From: a virus
Taxonomy: Duplodnaviria > Caudoviricetes
Direction: 5' to 3' (one strand)
IMG/VR virus record: IMGVR_UViG_3300025836_000013
Coordinates: 1 to 42,266 of that record
DNA length: 42,266 bases
Below the pieces are notes generated by a model. The model had not been told where the DNA came from. It made no database searches and saw nothing but the letters and a program-made list of their open reading frames with translations. Every line of letters begins with the position of its first letter. The first letter of the stretch is position 1. A program made the translations under genes and the position numbers. Below are positions 1 through 10,018 of the stretch, piece after piece.

Positions 1-75
1 CTTGAGCAGGACAGACGCGATGATGGGCGCGAAGAAGCCAATCACCCAGATCCACATACTCGGTAAATTGTTCAC
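1..75 (-). CDS. 5' end of holin-like membrane protein (truncated by window; copy of 40313-40708)
   Basis: Sequence 1-75 is identical to 40634-40708; GTG start after AGGAGG. Confidence 0.7.
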   Translation of the reverse strand, partial: MNNLPSMWIWVIGFFAPIIASVLLK

Positions 76-84
76 GTGTACCTC

Positions 85-888
85 CTACTTCTTTACAAGA
101 TTCTTCATCCACGCCAGCATCTCTGCCCCGGTCATGATGTGGATGGTCGGTTTGGTGACGGGTGTTGCGACTGCTGGTTTTACTACAACGACAGGCTTGC
201 CAACGTTCTTGACCCAGGCCAGCATTTCGGCCCCAGTCATTATGTGGATCGCTGGTTTAACTACTGGTTTGACCACTGGCTTCGCTACGACAACGGGCTT
301 AACGACAACGGGCGCCTTCACTGGTTCCCACGCTCCGAAGTCAAACTGTCGTGACTCATTCAGATCCACTAAGGCCCCGGCCACGGTTTGACCATTCGAG
401 TATTGCAGCAGGTGGGCATGGGCCGAGACCTTCCCGGCCGACCACGCGTAGGTCTGCCAGAACCAGCAGGCAAAACCAGAAGCATGGCAACGTTCAATGA
501 CACCAAAGGAACCATAGACCCCAACTCTGGCAGTGTAGATAACGCTACCCACACCTCGTAGGTAGGCGTCAATCGCAGGCTGTTGTGCCGCTGTGCCAGC
601 GAAGTCCACAGCAAAGTACAGAGGACGCGAATCAGGGAATCCGATTGCCCGGGCAAAGGCAAGAGCCGTCTTGCCATCTGCCGCGCCCGCTGCCTGGCCT
701 TCAAGCGCCCGTCCTGCATAGCTCTCATACACAACAACAAGTCCAAGTCCGGCTGCTCGGATTGCTGTCGCTTCGGCTTTTGTCGCGCCCTTCAGCGGTG
801 GAAACAAATAGCGAATGACAAACCCATACCCGAGAGCCTTCGCCTTCTTCAGATCGGGACGCCCGCTTGAATAGTCGAGTCCTTTCAT
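85..888 (-). CDS. Endolysin, DUF1906/Rv2525c-like glycoside hydrolase, allele A
   Basis: GLDYS, GFVIRYL, YFAVDF, GVYGS and WFWQTYAWS motifs; P/V/K-rich repeated C-terminus; adjacent to holin. Confidence 0.85.
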   Translation of the reverse strand: MKGLDYSSGRPDLKKAKALGYGFVIRYLFPPLKGATKAEATAIRAAGLGLVVVYESYAGRALEGQAAGAADGKTALAFARAIGFPDSRPLYFAVDFAGTAAQQPAIDAYLRGVGSVIYTARVGVYGSFGVIERCHASGFACWFWQTYAWSAGKVSAHAHLLQYSNGQTVAGALVDLNESRQFDFGAWEPVKAPVVVKPVVVAKPVVKPVVKPAIHIMTGAEMLAWVKNVGKPVVVVKPAVATPVTKPTIHIMTGAEMLAWMKNLVKK

Positions 889-1505
889 GGCACACCCCTC
901 GACAACACGGTGATAATCGTTGTGGCAACCGCCACTACGGCAAGAATGAAACTACCAATGGAGACGAAGAGTGACGTGTCCTGTCTCCTGTTGCCGCGTG
1001 AATCATCCGTTCCCGTCTCCCGTCCTTTAGACAAATCCAGTCGAGACGTCAGAGACAATTCGAGGGCATTAAAACTCTTGTCTCTTATGCCACCCAAGTC
1101 CTCAAGATGCCGTGCTTCATACTCTAACTTGTCGTCGAAGGCTTTCATGCGGACTTCCACATCGTCTTTTGTTGCAAATGTCGCCGCTTGATTTTGCAAC
1201 TGCTGCCGGTACCCGTTAGACTCCTCGAACCGTTTATCCGCAGCAGTCTCGGCTTTGGCGCCAGCCTTCTCCGAGGCCGCCATAGCCTTATCGACGGCTT
1301 CTTTTGCGGCATCCAGAGCCGTGTTCATGGCGGTGTTCTGCTCGGCCTTTGCCGTTTGCATGGCCAGTTGCTGTGCGTTGAATGCTGAGTCAACGGCCTT
1401 CGTCTGCATTTGATACCGCTCTTGCAGCATGCTTTTCAGGTCGGCTAATTGCATATCCTGATACGTCCGCAAAGTCTCCACCGTCCACTCCGTCTCTTCT
1501 GCCAT
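885..1505 (-). CDS. Coiled-coil protein with C-terminal transmembrane helix (lysis region)
   Basis: 206 aa, Ala/Gln-rich helical body, hydrophobic FVSIGSFILAVVAVATTIITVL tail; AGGAGG RBS. Confidence 0.75.
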   Translation of the reverse strand: MAEETEWTVETLRTYQDMQLADLKSMLQERYQMQTKAVDSAFNAQQLAMQTAKAEQNTAMNTALDAAKEAVDKAMAASEKAGAKAETAADKRFEESNGYRQQLQNQAATFATKDDVEVRMKAFDDKLEYEARHLEDLGGIRDKSFNALELSLTSRLDLSKGRETGTDDSRGNRRQDTSLFVSIGSFILAVVAVATTIITVLSRGVP

Positions 1506-1506
1506 T

Positions 1507-1857
1507 TCACCCTCCTACGGATAATGCCTTATTGATCGTTGCCACAATCAGTTCTTCGGTAGTGGGCGCCACTACCTTCTGCATATCTGCCAGTTCCACG
1601 GTTGCCACGTCCAAACTTGCTTGTAACTCTGCCACCTGTACCGTCTTCTCTTTGACCTGCTTCGCCACGACAGCCGCATCCAGCACACCGACAATATCCT
1701 CATTGGGAATCACGACCCCGCCGACCGCAGATCTGAACGCCTCGATTGCCTCATCTGTACCGGTCACCTTCCACACCCTCAATGGTTCTGCGGCAATGGT
1801 GTCTAACTTCCCGACTGTCGCATCCAGGTACGCATTCATATTCGCTCTGATATACAT
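1507..1857 (-). CDS. Hypothetical protein
   Basis: 116 aa ORF; homolog at 42029-42265 supports coding. Confidence 0.8.
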   Translation of the reverse strand: MYIRANMNAYLDATVGKLDTIAAEPLRVWKVTGTDEAIEAFRSAVGGVVIPNEDIVGVLDAAVVAKQVKEKTVQVAELQASLDVATVELADMQKVVAPTTEELIVATINKALSVGG

Positions 1858-1859
1858 GT

Positions 1860-4634
1860 CTACCCCTTTCGCTCGAGCGTACCGAGACGTCGTGCCTGTT
1901 CAGAGAGCCGGGTCATCAGCGTGTCCATAGCCCTTCCTGCCGCCAGCGTCTTGCCACTTTGCCGGTAGTCGACAGCATAGACCGTCATAGGCACGCCATC
2001 ACCTGAGATTGTGTCGCCCACAGAGAGATCGGTTTCGAGTGGCACATCCAGCGTGTACTGCTCTCTGACAACCGAGACGATAGGGAGCAGCCCATTGGCG
2101 TATGCGAGTGCGCCCGCCTCGCTTCCGAAGTCCTCAGTCACTGTATAAGCCCGCTGCCCTGTTCCAGCTCGTACAGTGACTGGCAAGGGGTTGTCCGCAA
2201 CCAACACCAATGTGTCAAGGTAGTTGTCCCCTGCCCACGTGAGCACGATGGCCTGGAGAGTCACAGGATTGCCGGTGCGGGTCATCGTGTTCAATGCAAT
2301 ATCCACACTCTCGAAGAGGTTGAAAGCGGAACTCCAGGCGAAGGTTGAGGGCACCCATGTGTAATCTTGTACCGTCTCTTTGACTGACACGGTGACGTAA
2401 ACCGTGCCGGTGGCCGGGAATCCTATGAGACGTCGACCGTCCCAATAATACGGTCCCCACGTGAGGAACGCTCCAGAGGCGGACACGGTGGAGTGAAAAG
2501 TTCCAACAATAATGCCCGTCACATCTGCGCGTTCCTCATCTATCGTATACCATTGACCGCCGACGAGAGCAGGAACAGCACAGACATTGTTGCAGTAAAA
2601 GATATTCACTGAATAGTAACGATAGTCACCGGTATCAACAATCTGACTAGAGGAAATTTGGAGTGCTGCCTGATACACGACAGTCGAGTCCACTTGGACA
2701 TGCGACCCAACGTTTGTCCAAGTCTGAACAGCAATATCGCAGGTGACGCACTGGACTCCGTAGTGGACTCCATCGACGAGATACAGGTCTTTGAACTCAA
2801 TTATGACCGTCTGTGTCTGAGACTCACTGGAGGGATACGGCACATCCGCTTCGAACGTATTCCCGATCGTTGCTCTCCACCCATCTTGCCAGAGCGTTGT
2901 GCCCCCATAACGCAAGAGGGTCACGCGATAGGAGCAGTTGGCAGTCGTAGTCCCAGTTACCTTCGTGACGAACTGAACAGATGAAAGCGTGATGGTCTTC
3001 GTGAGGATATCCGTTGAAGCGGTTCCAGTGTTTAAGATGAATCCGGCCCCTTGTTGTCCTGCGAACGTATGGACTATTTCCAGCTTATTACTCACATCCT
3101 GCTGTAGCGATACTGTGAGTGACGTTGCCGTCACCGGGTCCCAGTTGAATCGGACACGGTCAAAGTTCTTGAACGCCGCGTTCAGTCCGGCTCTGCTACA
3201 GTTCCCTATCGATTTCAGCATACCGAGCGCGCCACTGGAAACAGGCAACAGGGTTGTGTCTACTTGCGTCACGTCACTCACCGTACCAATCCAGTTAGCT
3301 GCGTCATGGAGGGTCAAGACCGTGTCGGGTGTCGGGGACTGCTTCACGATGTAATGAGCGATAACCGCATCAAAGGTGTCTGCGTCTTTCTGCCAGCCCG
3401 TGAGCGGGTCAAGGCGTTGCATATGGTAGTCTGGTATCTGACCACTCACGTCAAGAGAGAACACATATAGGTTGCCATTGCGAACGCTCGCTTGCGCGAG
3501 GGCCTGAATGAGCAGTTGCTTGATGACGTCTACCGGAGCGATGCTCGTGAACATCTGAGGATACGTCGTCCGCTCCAAGAGATTTATATTGTTTATTATG
3601 GTAATGTCATGACAGACAACGGAGTCAAGCAGAAAAGACTCACCAGAAACTCCATCGACGTCTAGGGCGAAGTAGAAATACATCACCGTACCAACTGTCG
3701 TAAAGACTACCGAAACAGTTTGTGCAGAAACCGAACAGTCCACGGAAGCACCTGTAGTCTCAGGAGAGCCATAATAGGCAGTTACTCTACACTTGCGTCC
3801 AGCGGCTGCTGTGGATTTCATTAAACCACTCACGCAGTAGGTATGGCCTACTATAAAACCACCTTGAGGATAAGAGTATGCGCGCGAGAGTTCTCTTGCC
3901 ACCATCTTGAGTGAACCCGCTCCAACAAGTGGTGAGACCGTGGTTCTGGTTATCGTTGAATAGTTACTCCACCAACCCTCACCGTCTACCTCAAAGGTTC
4001 CGCCTGAGATGAGGTTCACGGTGGAACTTGCCCATGCCCCCACGTTAATGATGTTCAGTGAGGGTATGAGCAGTCTAATGGCGTCAGATGTGGCACCGTA
4101 AGCCGTCTGTAGTGCCATGATTGCCGTCGTGAGAGCATACGACTCAGCGGCCTTGCAGGTGTAAACATAAAGCGGGCCGGAAATGGCAACTGTGGCAATC
4201 TCAAACTGATACTTTCTGACCCCGCGTTCTCGGATGACCGCTCCGATAGTGCCAGTCAAGAGCGTTGCACAGGAAAAGTTCAACGTGGGGAGAGCCGGTA
4301 GCAGTTCGTCATGCAGCACTGGCTCAATGACGTCCAGCAGGGCATCACCGCTGTAGATGTCTATGCCATACTCAGTCAGCTCGTAGGCCATGGTATACGT
4401 GATAGACGCTGTCGTGACCGCGCTACCCGCAATCCATACCTGTCCATAAATGACGTGTGAACCGCGCTCGAGCGTAAAGTCGTAGGAAAAGATGTAGGAA
4501 CCAGAGACCAAAATCCCGAGGTATGCCTTGCCGTCGACAATGATGTAGGCTTCAGGCAACGATGCAGCACTGGCACATGTGAGTGTTACCGTTAGCCGTT
4601 CTGCGACTTGTGTGGTGGTCAGTGTTACCGTCAT
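1860..4634 (-). CDS. Minor tail / tail-tip protein with inserted carbohydrate-binding-like module
   Basis: Large beta-rich ORF two genes after the tape measure; start MTVTLTT overlaps upstream stop (ATGA); NLISGGTFE...LLDSV segment resembles CBM4/9 folds. Confidence 0.7.
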   Translation of the reverse strand: MTVTLTTTQVAERLTVTLTCASAASLPEAYIIVDGKAYLGILVSGSYIFSYDFTLERGSHVIYGQVWIAGSAVTTASITYTMAYELTEYGIDIYSGDALLDVIEPVLHDELLPALPTLNFSCATLLTGTIGAVIRERGVRKYQFEIATVAISGPLYVYTCKAAESYALTTAIMALQTAYGATSDAIRLLIPSLNIINVGAWASSTVNLISGGTFEVDGEGWWSNYSTITRTTVSPLVGAGSLKMVARELSRAYSYPQGGFIVGHTYCVSGLMKSTAAAGRKCRVTAYYGSPETTGASVDCSVSAQTVSVVFTTVGTVMYFYFALDVDGVSGESFLLDSVVCHDITIINNINLLERTTYPQMFTSIAPVDVIKQLLIQALAQASVRNGNLYVFSLDVSGQIPDYHMQRLDPLTGWQKDADTFDAVIAHYIVKQSPTPDTVLTLHDAANWIGTVSDVTQVDTTLLPVSSGALGMLKSIGNCSRAGLNAAFKNFDRVRFNWDPVTATSLTVSLQQDVSNKLEIVHTFAGQQGAGFILNTGTASTDILTKTITLSSVQFVTKVTGTTTANCSYRVTLLRYGGTTLWQDGWRATIGNTFEADVPYPSSESQTQTVIIEFKDLYLVDGVHYGVQCVTCDIAVQTWTNVGSHVQVDSTVVYQAALQISSSQIVDTGDYRYYSVNIFYCNNVCAVPALVGGQWYTIDEERADVTGIIVGTFHSTVSASGAFLTWGPYYWDGRRLIGFPATGTVYVTVSVKETVQDYTWVPSTFAWSSAFNLFESVDIALNTMTRTGNPVTLQAIVLTWAGDNYLDTLVLVADNPLPVTVRAGTGQRAYTVTEDFGSEAGALAYANGLLPIVSVVREQYTLDVPLETDLSVGDTISGDGVPMTVYAVDYRQSGKTLAAGRAMDTLMTRLSEQARRLGTLERKG

Positions 4635-6337
4635 ACGTCTGTCCTCTTGAGTTCGACATACCACCGTGCCGCAAGTCCTGCTGTTTGCGCGATGGTCACC
4701 GCACTAGCACCGATGGCGATGTCCGTACCGCCCAAGAGAGCCGAGATATCACTACCAGCAGCATTGAGCAGTCGCTTGTCTGAACCCTTGATGACCTCAC
4801 CGGCGTATCTATTCCCGACGTAAAGACTGTTGAACAGCAACGACAATGAGGAATACGCAAGAGCCTGATACTCTGCGCTAGTCAGCACGTAGGGATATTC
4901 AACGAGGTTGGCTATTGAACCTTCCAAGTTTCCGAGAGTCAATTGTGGCCACGTAAGGGCTGCGAGCGTGCCAGTAGCAGATGTCCACGAACCACCGGCT
5001 GGATGCACCGCTATGGTGACCGCATGAGCGGTGTCCTCTATCACCACCACATCCATGACCGTACCAGACAGATAGACCGCAGGAAGGGCAAGCGAGACCG
5101 TTGAGGTGCCATCTGACCATTTGATGAGGTTTGCTGCTACATCAATCCAAAACCCGTTATGCGCCGAAGTCCAGATATTGAGAGAGGCAGGAAGAGACGA
5201 AAACCCCGTAACTCCGATATCGTTGACGTAGATGTATGTCCCGCCAGCATAGGTCGTGAGTTGTATAGATTGCGTACTGGGATTGGTAATTCCTACGGTA
5301 GCCTTCCAAACACCGTCAATGAAGAAGGCTGCCGTGTCATCCCCTGGAAAGATTATCTTGAACTCTCGCAAGGTAGTACCAGCGGCAATGCCAGTGTCAA
5401 TGCCATTGGCAAATATGTGACCATTGTCGTTCCAAGTAGAACTGAACATGGCGTTTGATGTTCCAAGGAGGTTAGTTGCCGCCGTTTCTCGCGGCAAACA
5501 AGCCCAAAAGACAATGGTACCAAAGCGACTGGCATCAATATTAAAAGAAGAATGGACTTGAGAGTATCCAGAAGCGACTTGTCCGACCACAAGACTGCCC
5601 CCAGTAACAATGACAGTGCCGATATCTACAATCCACTTGGAAGTGTCAAGAGCGCTAAAGGTGTCCGAGATAGACAAAGCCGCCCTCTTGATTTGCATTG
5701 CCACAGTCCTTACCGTAGATGCTGGCGGCGTCCACGTTGCCACGTCCTGCGCGACATCAGAACCCAAATAAAGCCCTGAGTCGAAGATTGGCGTATTGAT
5801 AGGATAGGTAATGCCATTGTGTGCTTTGGAGGCCGTGCGCGTAAAGGTGACTGATTGTCCGGCAAAGTCTACCAGCATGTTCGACAAGGGCGCGTAGAAG
5901 AGCGGAGCCAAATAGTGAATAGTCGGAAAGGCTGAGACGTTGCCCGCCTGACTGATACCAGTGATGGACTGGAGACCGAACTTGTAGCCGGTGGTGGGAT
6001 AGCGGACAGCAGCGCCCTCGAGGATCGGCGAAACCAGAACGGTTAGCTCATACGTACTCTGCTGATAATTGTTCGTGGGGAACGCCGTCGCTTGGACCCT
6101 GCATGCTCTCCAAGCAATGTTATCGAGACTGAGCCAGATGATATCGTGCCAACGGACACTCATAGAGTCAGCGATGACGCCGGAGATCGTCCATGTCTGC
6201 CAATCCAGGCCAAGAGGAATTGCGCCGTTGATGTCTGAAAGCGGGACATGATAAGTCGAGAGGATTTGTGGATCCGTCCTGGCATACTTGGCCTTCGAGA
6301 GTGTAACCAGTGAACCATCAATCAATCGGCAATACAT
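4631..6337 (-). CDS. Distal-tail-like / minor tail protein with lectin-like insert
   Basis: 568 aa, directly after the tape measure; VTFTRTAS motif and beta-rich composition. Confidence 0.65.
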   Translation of the reverse strand: MYCRLIDGSLVTLSKAKYARTDPQILSTYHVPLSDINGAIPLGLDWQTWTISGVIADSMSVRWHDIIWLSLDNIAWRACRVQATAFPTNNYQQSTYELTVLVSPILEGAAVRYPTTGYKFGLQSITGISQAGNVSAFPTIHYLAPLFYAPLSNMLVDFAGQSVTFTRTASKAHNGITYPINTPIFDSGLYLGSDVAQDVATWTPPASTVRTVAMQIKRAALSISDTFSALDTSKWIVDIGTVIVTGGSLVVGQVASGYSQVHSSFNIDASRFGTIVFWACLPRETAATNLLGTSNAMFSSTWNDNGHIFANGIDTGIAAGTTLREFKIIFPGDDTAAFFIDGVWKATVGITNPSTQSIQLTTYAGGTYIYVNDIGVTGFSSLPASLNIWTSAHNGFWIDVAANLIKWSDGTSTVSLALPAVYLSGTVMDVVVIEDTAHAVTIAVHPAGGSWTSATGTLAALTWPQLTLGNLEGSIANLVEYPYVLTSAEYQALAYSSLSLLFNSLYVGNRYAGEVIKGSDKRLLNAAGSDISALLGGTDIAIGASAVTIAQTAGLAARWYVELKRTDV

Positions 6338-9033
6338 TACGCCCTCCCGAGCCCGTTGATGACGTTCCCGACGCCGGGCGCTACCTGACGCACTGCGGCA
6401 GTAAGCGTGTCCATCTTGAGAGCCAGCTGTCGCAGGAGAGCGTCGTTGGAGCCTCCCATCTGCTTGGCGAACGATGACGCCTGAGACTGTGGTACGACCG
6501 CCTCAGGGCCATTCTCTGCGATGAGTGCGATGTGGGGTGTCGTGAAATAGCCACCGTTGGCGTGCGCCATGAGGGATCTGCCACTACCACCGCCGAACGA
6601 GACAGACTGCAAGCCCGCACTTACGTTGGAAGCATTGGCAGCCTTGGCAGCCACGGTGACAGGATTCGCAGTACTGCCAAGAATCCCAGTGGAAGCGATG
6701 GCAGCTCTGTAATCGGCTGCGAAAGCATTGCCCGCCGCGGCCCCCATACTCGCAAACTCTGGAAGGTGACTTTCCAATGTCTTGATAATGTCGATTGTCG
6801 TCGTATTCGCCAGCAGTTCTTCGGCCTCAGCATTGACATTCGCTGCCGCCATTTTTTGGTCATAGAAGGTGACAATAGACGCAATCATGCCAGTATCGGA
6901 GTTGTTGTACTTATCGGCAACTGTTTCCTGCTCTTTCTGCAAACTCGCAAGCTGGTTTTGGTAGGCTTCCTCATTTACCGCATCCATAAGAGTCTTTGAC
7001 GCAGCCGCCCGATCCTCTTCAGTCGTGGCGTTCGCAAAATTGGCGGCAAGTCCTGCCATCTTGTCCGATTGTGCTGCCTTATCATGTTGCCCCGCCAGGT
7101 CACTAATCTGAGTATTGATGGCGGCAAGACGCGCATTACGTTCGTCTTCCAACTGTTTGATGGCGGCATTCTCTCGAATCTGGTAGTTGTCGACGATGGT
7201 CTGCGTGAGGGTCGTGACGGCGTCCTTCTGCTTTGAGGCGTAGTCTTTCACGGCGGCAAGGTATTTGTCCTGAGCATCTTTCTGTGCCGCTGCTGCCTTA
7301 TCTGCGGCTTCCTTATCGGCTGCTGCCTTCTCTTTAGCAGCATCTTTGTTGATCTGCGCCTTCGAGTTTGCTACCCACTGCGCTACCGCTGTGGCATTGG
7401 CACCGGCCTTCAAGTCGGCTGCCGCTTCGAGGTCGATGGCATGGAGTTTGTTTTGCAACTCAGTGTGCGTCAGATCATAGTTCTTGTTTGCCAGGTCAGC
7501 ATTTGTCTTCGCTATCGCGTCAGCAGCACTTGTACTCGCTTTCTTTACCGCGTCAGCAGTCTTCGTGACCACGCCCGTTATCGTTCCGCCTGTGTTGACG
7601 GCATCAGCTACCGTCTTCGCCTTATAAGCCTCCTCATCCCTGACCTGTGCGTCCATCGCAGCACCGCGTACGCTGTCAATCTGATTTTGGACATTCTTCG
7701 AAAGAGCAATACGATCTTGTGCTCTCTGCTTGTCATAGGCAGCCAAAGCTTGTGCCTGAATTGCATCCCCTTCCATCGTTTTGCGGTTAGCCTTCGTTAC
7801 CTGGTCATAAGCATCAAGCGCATTCTTAGCGATCTGGATATTAGTAGCCGAAGCCTCTTTGGTTGCCATTCCCAAGGCAATCCGAAAGGCGTTCCAGTGC
7901 TGCGTCGCGATCACTACTACGGCTGATAGAGCGGAGACGGCAAACATGATCCAGCCAAGAGGGCCAAGAGTGCCGGCAACGGCAGCCCCGAACAGTTTAA
8001 CAGCAACGGCAGCCACATCGACATAGATCGTGACCGCCTTGAAGGCGACAAAGGCCCCAACAACGCCAGCAATGACAGGGGTGATTGCATCCCAATTCTT
8101 GGCGATCCACAGGGCGATATTCACCAGCCAGTTGAAGACGATCTTGGCGTTGGTGAAGAACACCATGATAGCCTGCCCGACGTCGGTAGCCCACCGCTGC
8201 AGCGAGCCGTTCGCCTTCCATTCTTCGACTTTTGCCAACACTTCGGTGATGCCCTGCTTGAAGAAATCAAACAGACTACCAGCCCGGACCGTTCCATCAT
8301 CCGCAAATCCGGCGATGGTCCTCAGGATGTCCTCGCCCGTGTCCTTCATGCCCTTGATGAGACCGCCCAGCGAGTTGGCCTGCAATTCTGCCCCGGCCTT
8401 AAACCGTTTGTCCATAAGAGAGAGCAGCGCCTTGTTGTATGCGTCCTCATTGACGATCTGTCCCTTCTTATTTGCGATCTCAATGCCCTGTTCAGTCGCC
8501 GCGCCCTCTGCAAGGACAGCAGCCTTCGTGATGCCGAAGGACTGGAGAGCCTTGACCCTGCCCTGCAGGAAAGCGCCATAAGCCTCAGCTGCCTGTACGA
8601 CATCGCCGTTGGTGGCAGCGGCCATATTCGCCACCTGCGGCAGAACAGCCTGGGCGCTCTGACCGAACTTTGTCAAAGCAACGGTAGCCGAAAGGAGCTG
8701 GTCATCGGTGAACGGCGTCTTAGCCGCTAGAGCCAGAGCACTAGCTACAGCCTTGCCCGCTGCCTGCGAGGAGCCCATGAGCGTCGTGAGCGACATCCGG
8801 TATTTCTCGATTATTTGCCCGGAAGCCAGGGCAGCAGTCCCGCCACCGACGAAAGCACCGATCATTGCCGTTCCGACCACGCGAATGGCTGTACCGACAG
8901 CGTTCATGATCGGCTCGAGTGCCTTCGTATCTCGCTGGAAGTTCTTCAGATGCGTTGAGGTCTGCTTGATTGCCGCTTCAAATTCGGCAGTCGAGGCTCC
9001 GATACTCACCACGAGTTTGGCTAAAGTTGCGAT
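6337..9033 (-). CDS. Tail tape measure protein
   Basis: ~900 aa Ala-rich helical protein with AAKTPF tape-measure motif, hydrophobic middle and HANGG C-terminal motif; start probably ATC at 9033 (first conventional start GTG 9012). Confidence 0.92.
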   Translation of the reverse strand: MATLAKLVVSIGASTAEFEAAIKQTSTHLKNFQRDTKALEPIMNAVGTAIRVVGTAMIGAFVGGGTAALASGQIIEKYRMSLTTLMGSSQAAGKAVASALALAAKTPFTDDQLLSATVALTKFGQSAQAVLPQVANMAAATNGDVVQAAEAYGAFLQGRVKALQSFGITKAAVLAEGAATEQGIEIANKKGQIVNEDAYNKALLSLMDKRFKAGAELQANSLGGLIKGMKDTGEDILRTIAGFADDGTVRAGSLFDFFKQGITEVLAKVEEWKANGSLQRWATDVGQAIMVFFTNAKIVFNWLVNIALWIAKNWDAITPVIAGVVGAFVAFKAVTIYVDVAAVAVKLFGAAVAGTLGPLGWIMFAVSALSAVVVIATQHWNAFRIALGMATKEASATNIQIAKNALDAYDQVTKANRKTMEGDAIQAQALAAYDKQRAQDRIALSKNVQNQIDSVRGAAMDAQVRDEEAYKAKTVADAVNTGGTITGVVTKTADAVKKASTSAADAIAKTNADLANKNYDLTHTELQNKLHAIDLEAAADLKAGANATAVAQWVANSKAQINKDAAKEKAAADKEAADKAAAAQKDAQDKYLAAVKDYASKQKDAVTTLTQTIVDNYQIRENAAIKQLEDERNARLAAINTQISDLAGQHDKAAQSDKMAGLAANFANATTEEDRAAASKTLMDAVNEEAYQNQLASLQKEQETVADKYNNSDTGMIASIVTFYDQKMAAANVNAEAEELLANTTTIDIIKTLESHLPEFASMGAAAGNAFAADYRAAIASTGILGSTANPVTVAAKAANASNVSAGLQSVSFGGGSGRSLMAHANGGYFTTPHIALIAENGPEAVVPQSQASSFAKQMGGSNDALLRQLALKMDTLTAAVRQVAPGVGNVINGLGRA

Positions 9034-9048
9034 TTCGTCACCTCCTTT

Positions 9049-9672
9049 CTACGTCCAGTCTTCAGTCAAGAACTGACCAGCTAGGGCATTCATTTCTACC
9101 ATACCCTTGCCCGTCCGTTGGCAGTGATAGACGCTATGGTGCAGTTTCCGAGGAAGATAGATAACGTCATTAGGGTTTATGTGATGTGCCTCGCAGCCGG
9201 GGAACCAAGAGTTCAGGGGAGTGAAGCCAAAAGTACGGCGTATGGCAGTATGTTTCCGCCCCGATACTGCTGCGCCCCCTTTCCAGTGTGGGGAAAGTGG
9301 CCCAAACTTCCCCTTCTGAAATGAAGAGGCAGACAACTTCGCCCGAGCTTCAGGAGCGGCCCAATATACCTTTCTTCCCGCAGACATCTTCGCCCGAGTT
9401 TCAGGCGAGGCCTTGAACCCGAGGCGTGCTGCCGAAATCTTTGCCCGAGTTTCGAGTGTTTGATGTTTGGGGCCGGTACTGGCATGCCCCATGTGTACCA
9501 CACGATTCTTTGCCTTCACCTCGGGGCGATTCGCCACCTCCCTCATGACTACAGATTGCCTTGCCCTCTGTTCGTCGGTCAAGCGGTGTCCCCTATTCCC
9601 TGAAGGCTGCCCCATATGTACGTTGGACTGATACGCCCTCTGTTCATCTGTCATGCGCTGTCCAAGGTTCAT
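9049..9672 (-). CDS. NUMOD3-repeat homing endonuclease (HNH variant)
   Basis: Repeated ETRAKIS/ETRAKMS, WKGG, His-rich C-terminal EAHHIN...LHHSVYH. Confidence 0.8.
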   Translation of the reverse strand: MNLGQRMTDEQRAYQSNVHMGQPSGNRGHRLTDEQRARQSVVMREVANRPEVKAKNRVVHMGHASTGPKHQTLETRAKISAARLGFKASPETRAKMSAGRKVYWAAPEARAKLSASSFQKGKFGPLSPHWKGGAAVSGRKHTAIRRTFGFTPLNSWFPGCEAHHINPNDVIYLPRKLHHSVYHCQRTGKGMVEMNALAGQFLTEDWT

Positions 9673-9673
9673 A

Positions 9674-10018
9674 TCAGTTCACCACTCGTGTACCATGAAA
9701 GCCGTCGACGAGCATATCCACCATCGCCAACATCTGTTCAGCGGTCTGTCCTTGTTTCTCGGGCCGGTCGTAGAGGAGGAAATCGGCCAGTTCAACCGGA
9801 TTGCTATCAGAAGAACGCTGCATGTTCACCATGACCTCACAAATCTTTGCCGCCTGATAATCTGCTGCCACTTCAGCCCGATGTTCACGTGCGTCAAATG
9901 CCTTCCACAACTCTTGCCATTCCAGCGGTGTGCAGGTCAGGAATTCGTCGTTGGTAAGTCCGAAGGTGACGCGGGCAATTCCCCAGAGCTCGGTAGCACT
10001 GGGGTCGCTGCGTTTGGG
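9674..10018 (-). CDS. Tail assembly chaperone, -1 frame (gpT-like part)
   Basis: -1 frame from the slippery site reads ELWGIARVTFGLTNDEFLTCTPLEWQELWKAF and continues into ORF 9674-9910. Confidence 0.8.
   Translation of the reverse strand, partial: PKRSDPSATELWGIARVTFGLTNDEFLTCTPLEWQELWKAFDAREHRAEVAADYQAAKICEVMVNMQRSSDSNPVELADFLLYDRPEKQGQTAEQMLAMVDMLVDGFHGTRVVN

Larger units (their letters stand above)
1..1750. repeat. Diverged terminal redundancy, homologous to 40634-42266
   Basis: 1-~290 is near-identical to 40634-~40920, then the same gene order continues with diverged or replaced genes. Confidence 0.9.

Noticed and set aside
2718-2726. CCAAGTCTG partial motif match in tail gene
   Set aside because: Only 9 nt, mid-CDS, no G-run SD or start codon; compatible with chance
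1860-6337. Diversity-generating retroelement acting on tail genes
   Set aside because: No reverse transcriptase and no template/variable repeat pair seen
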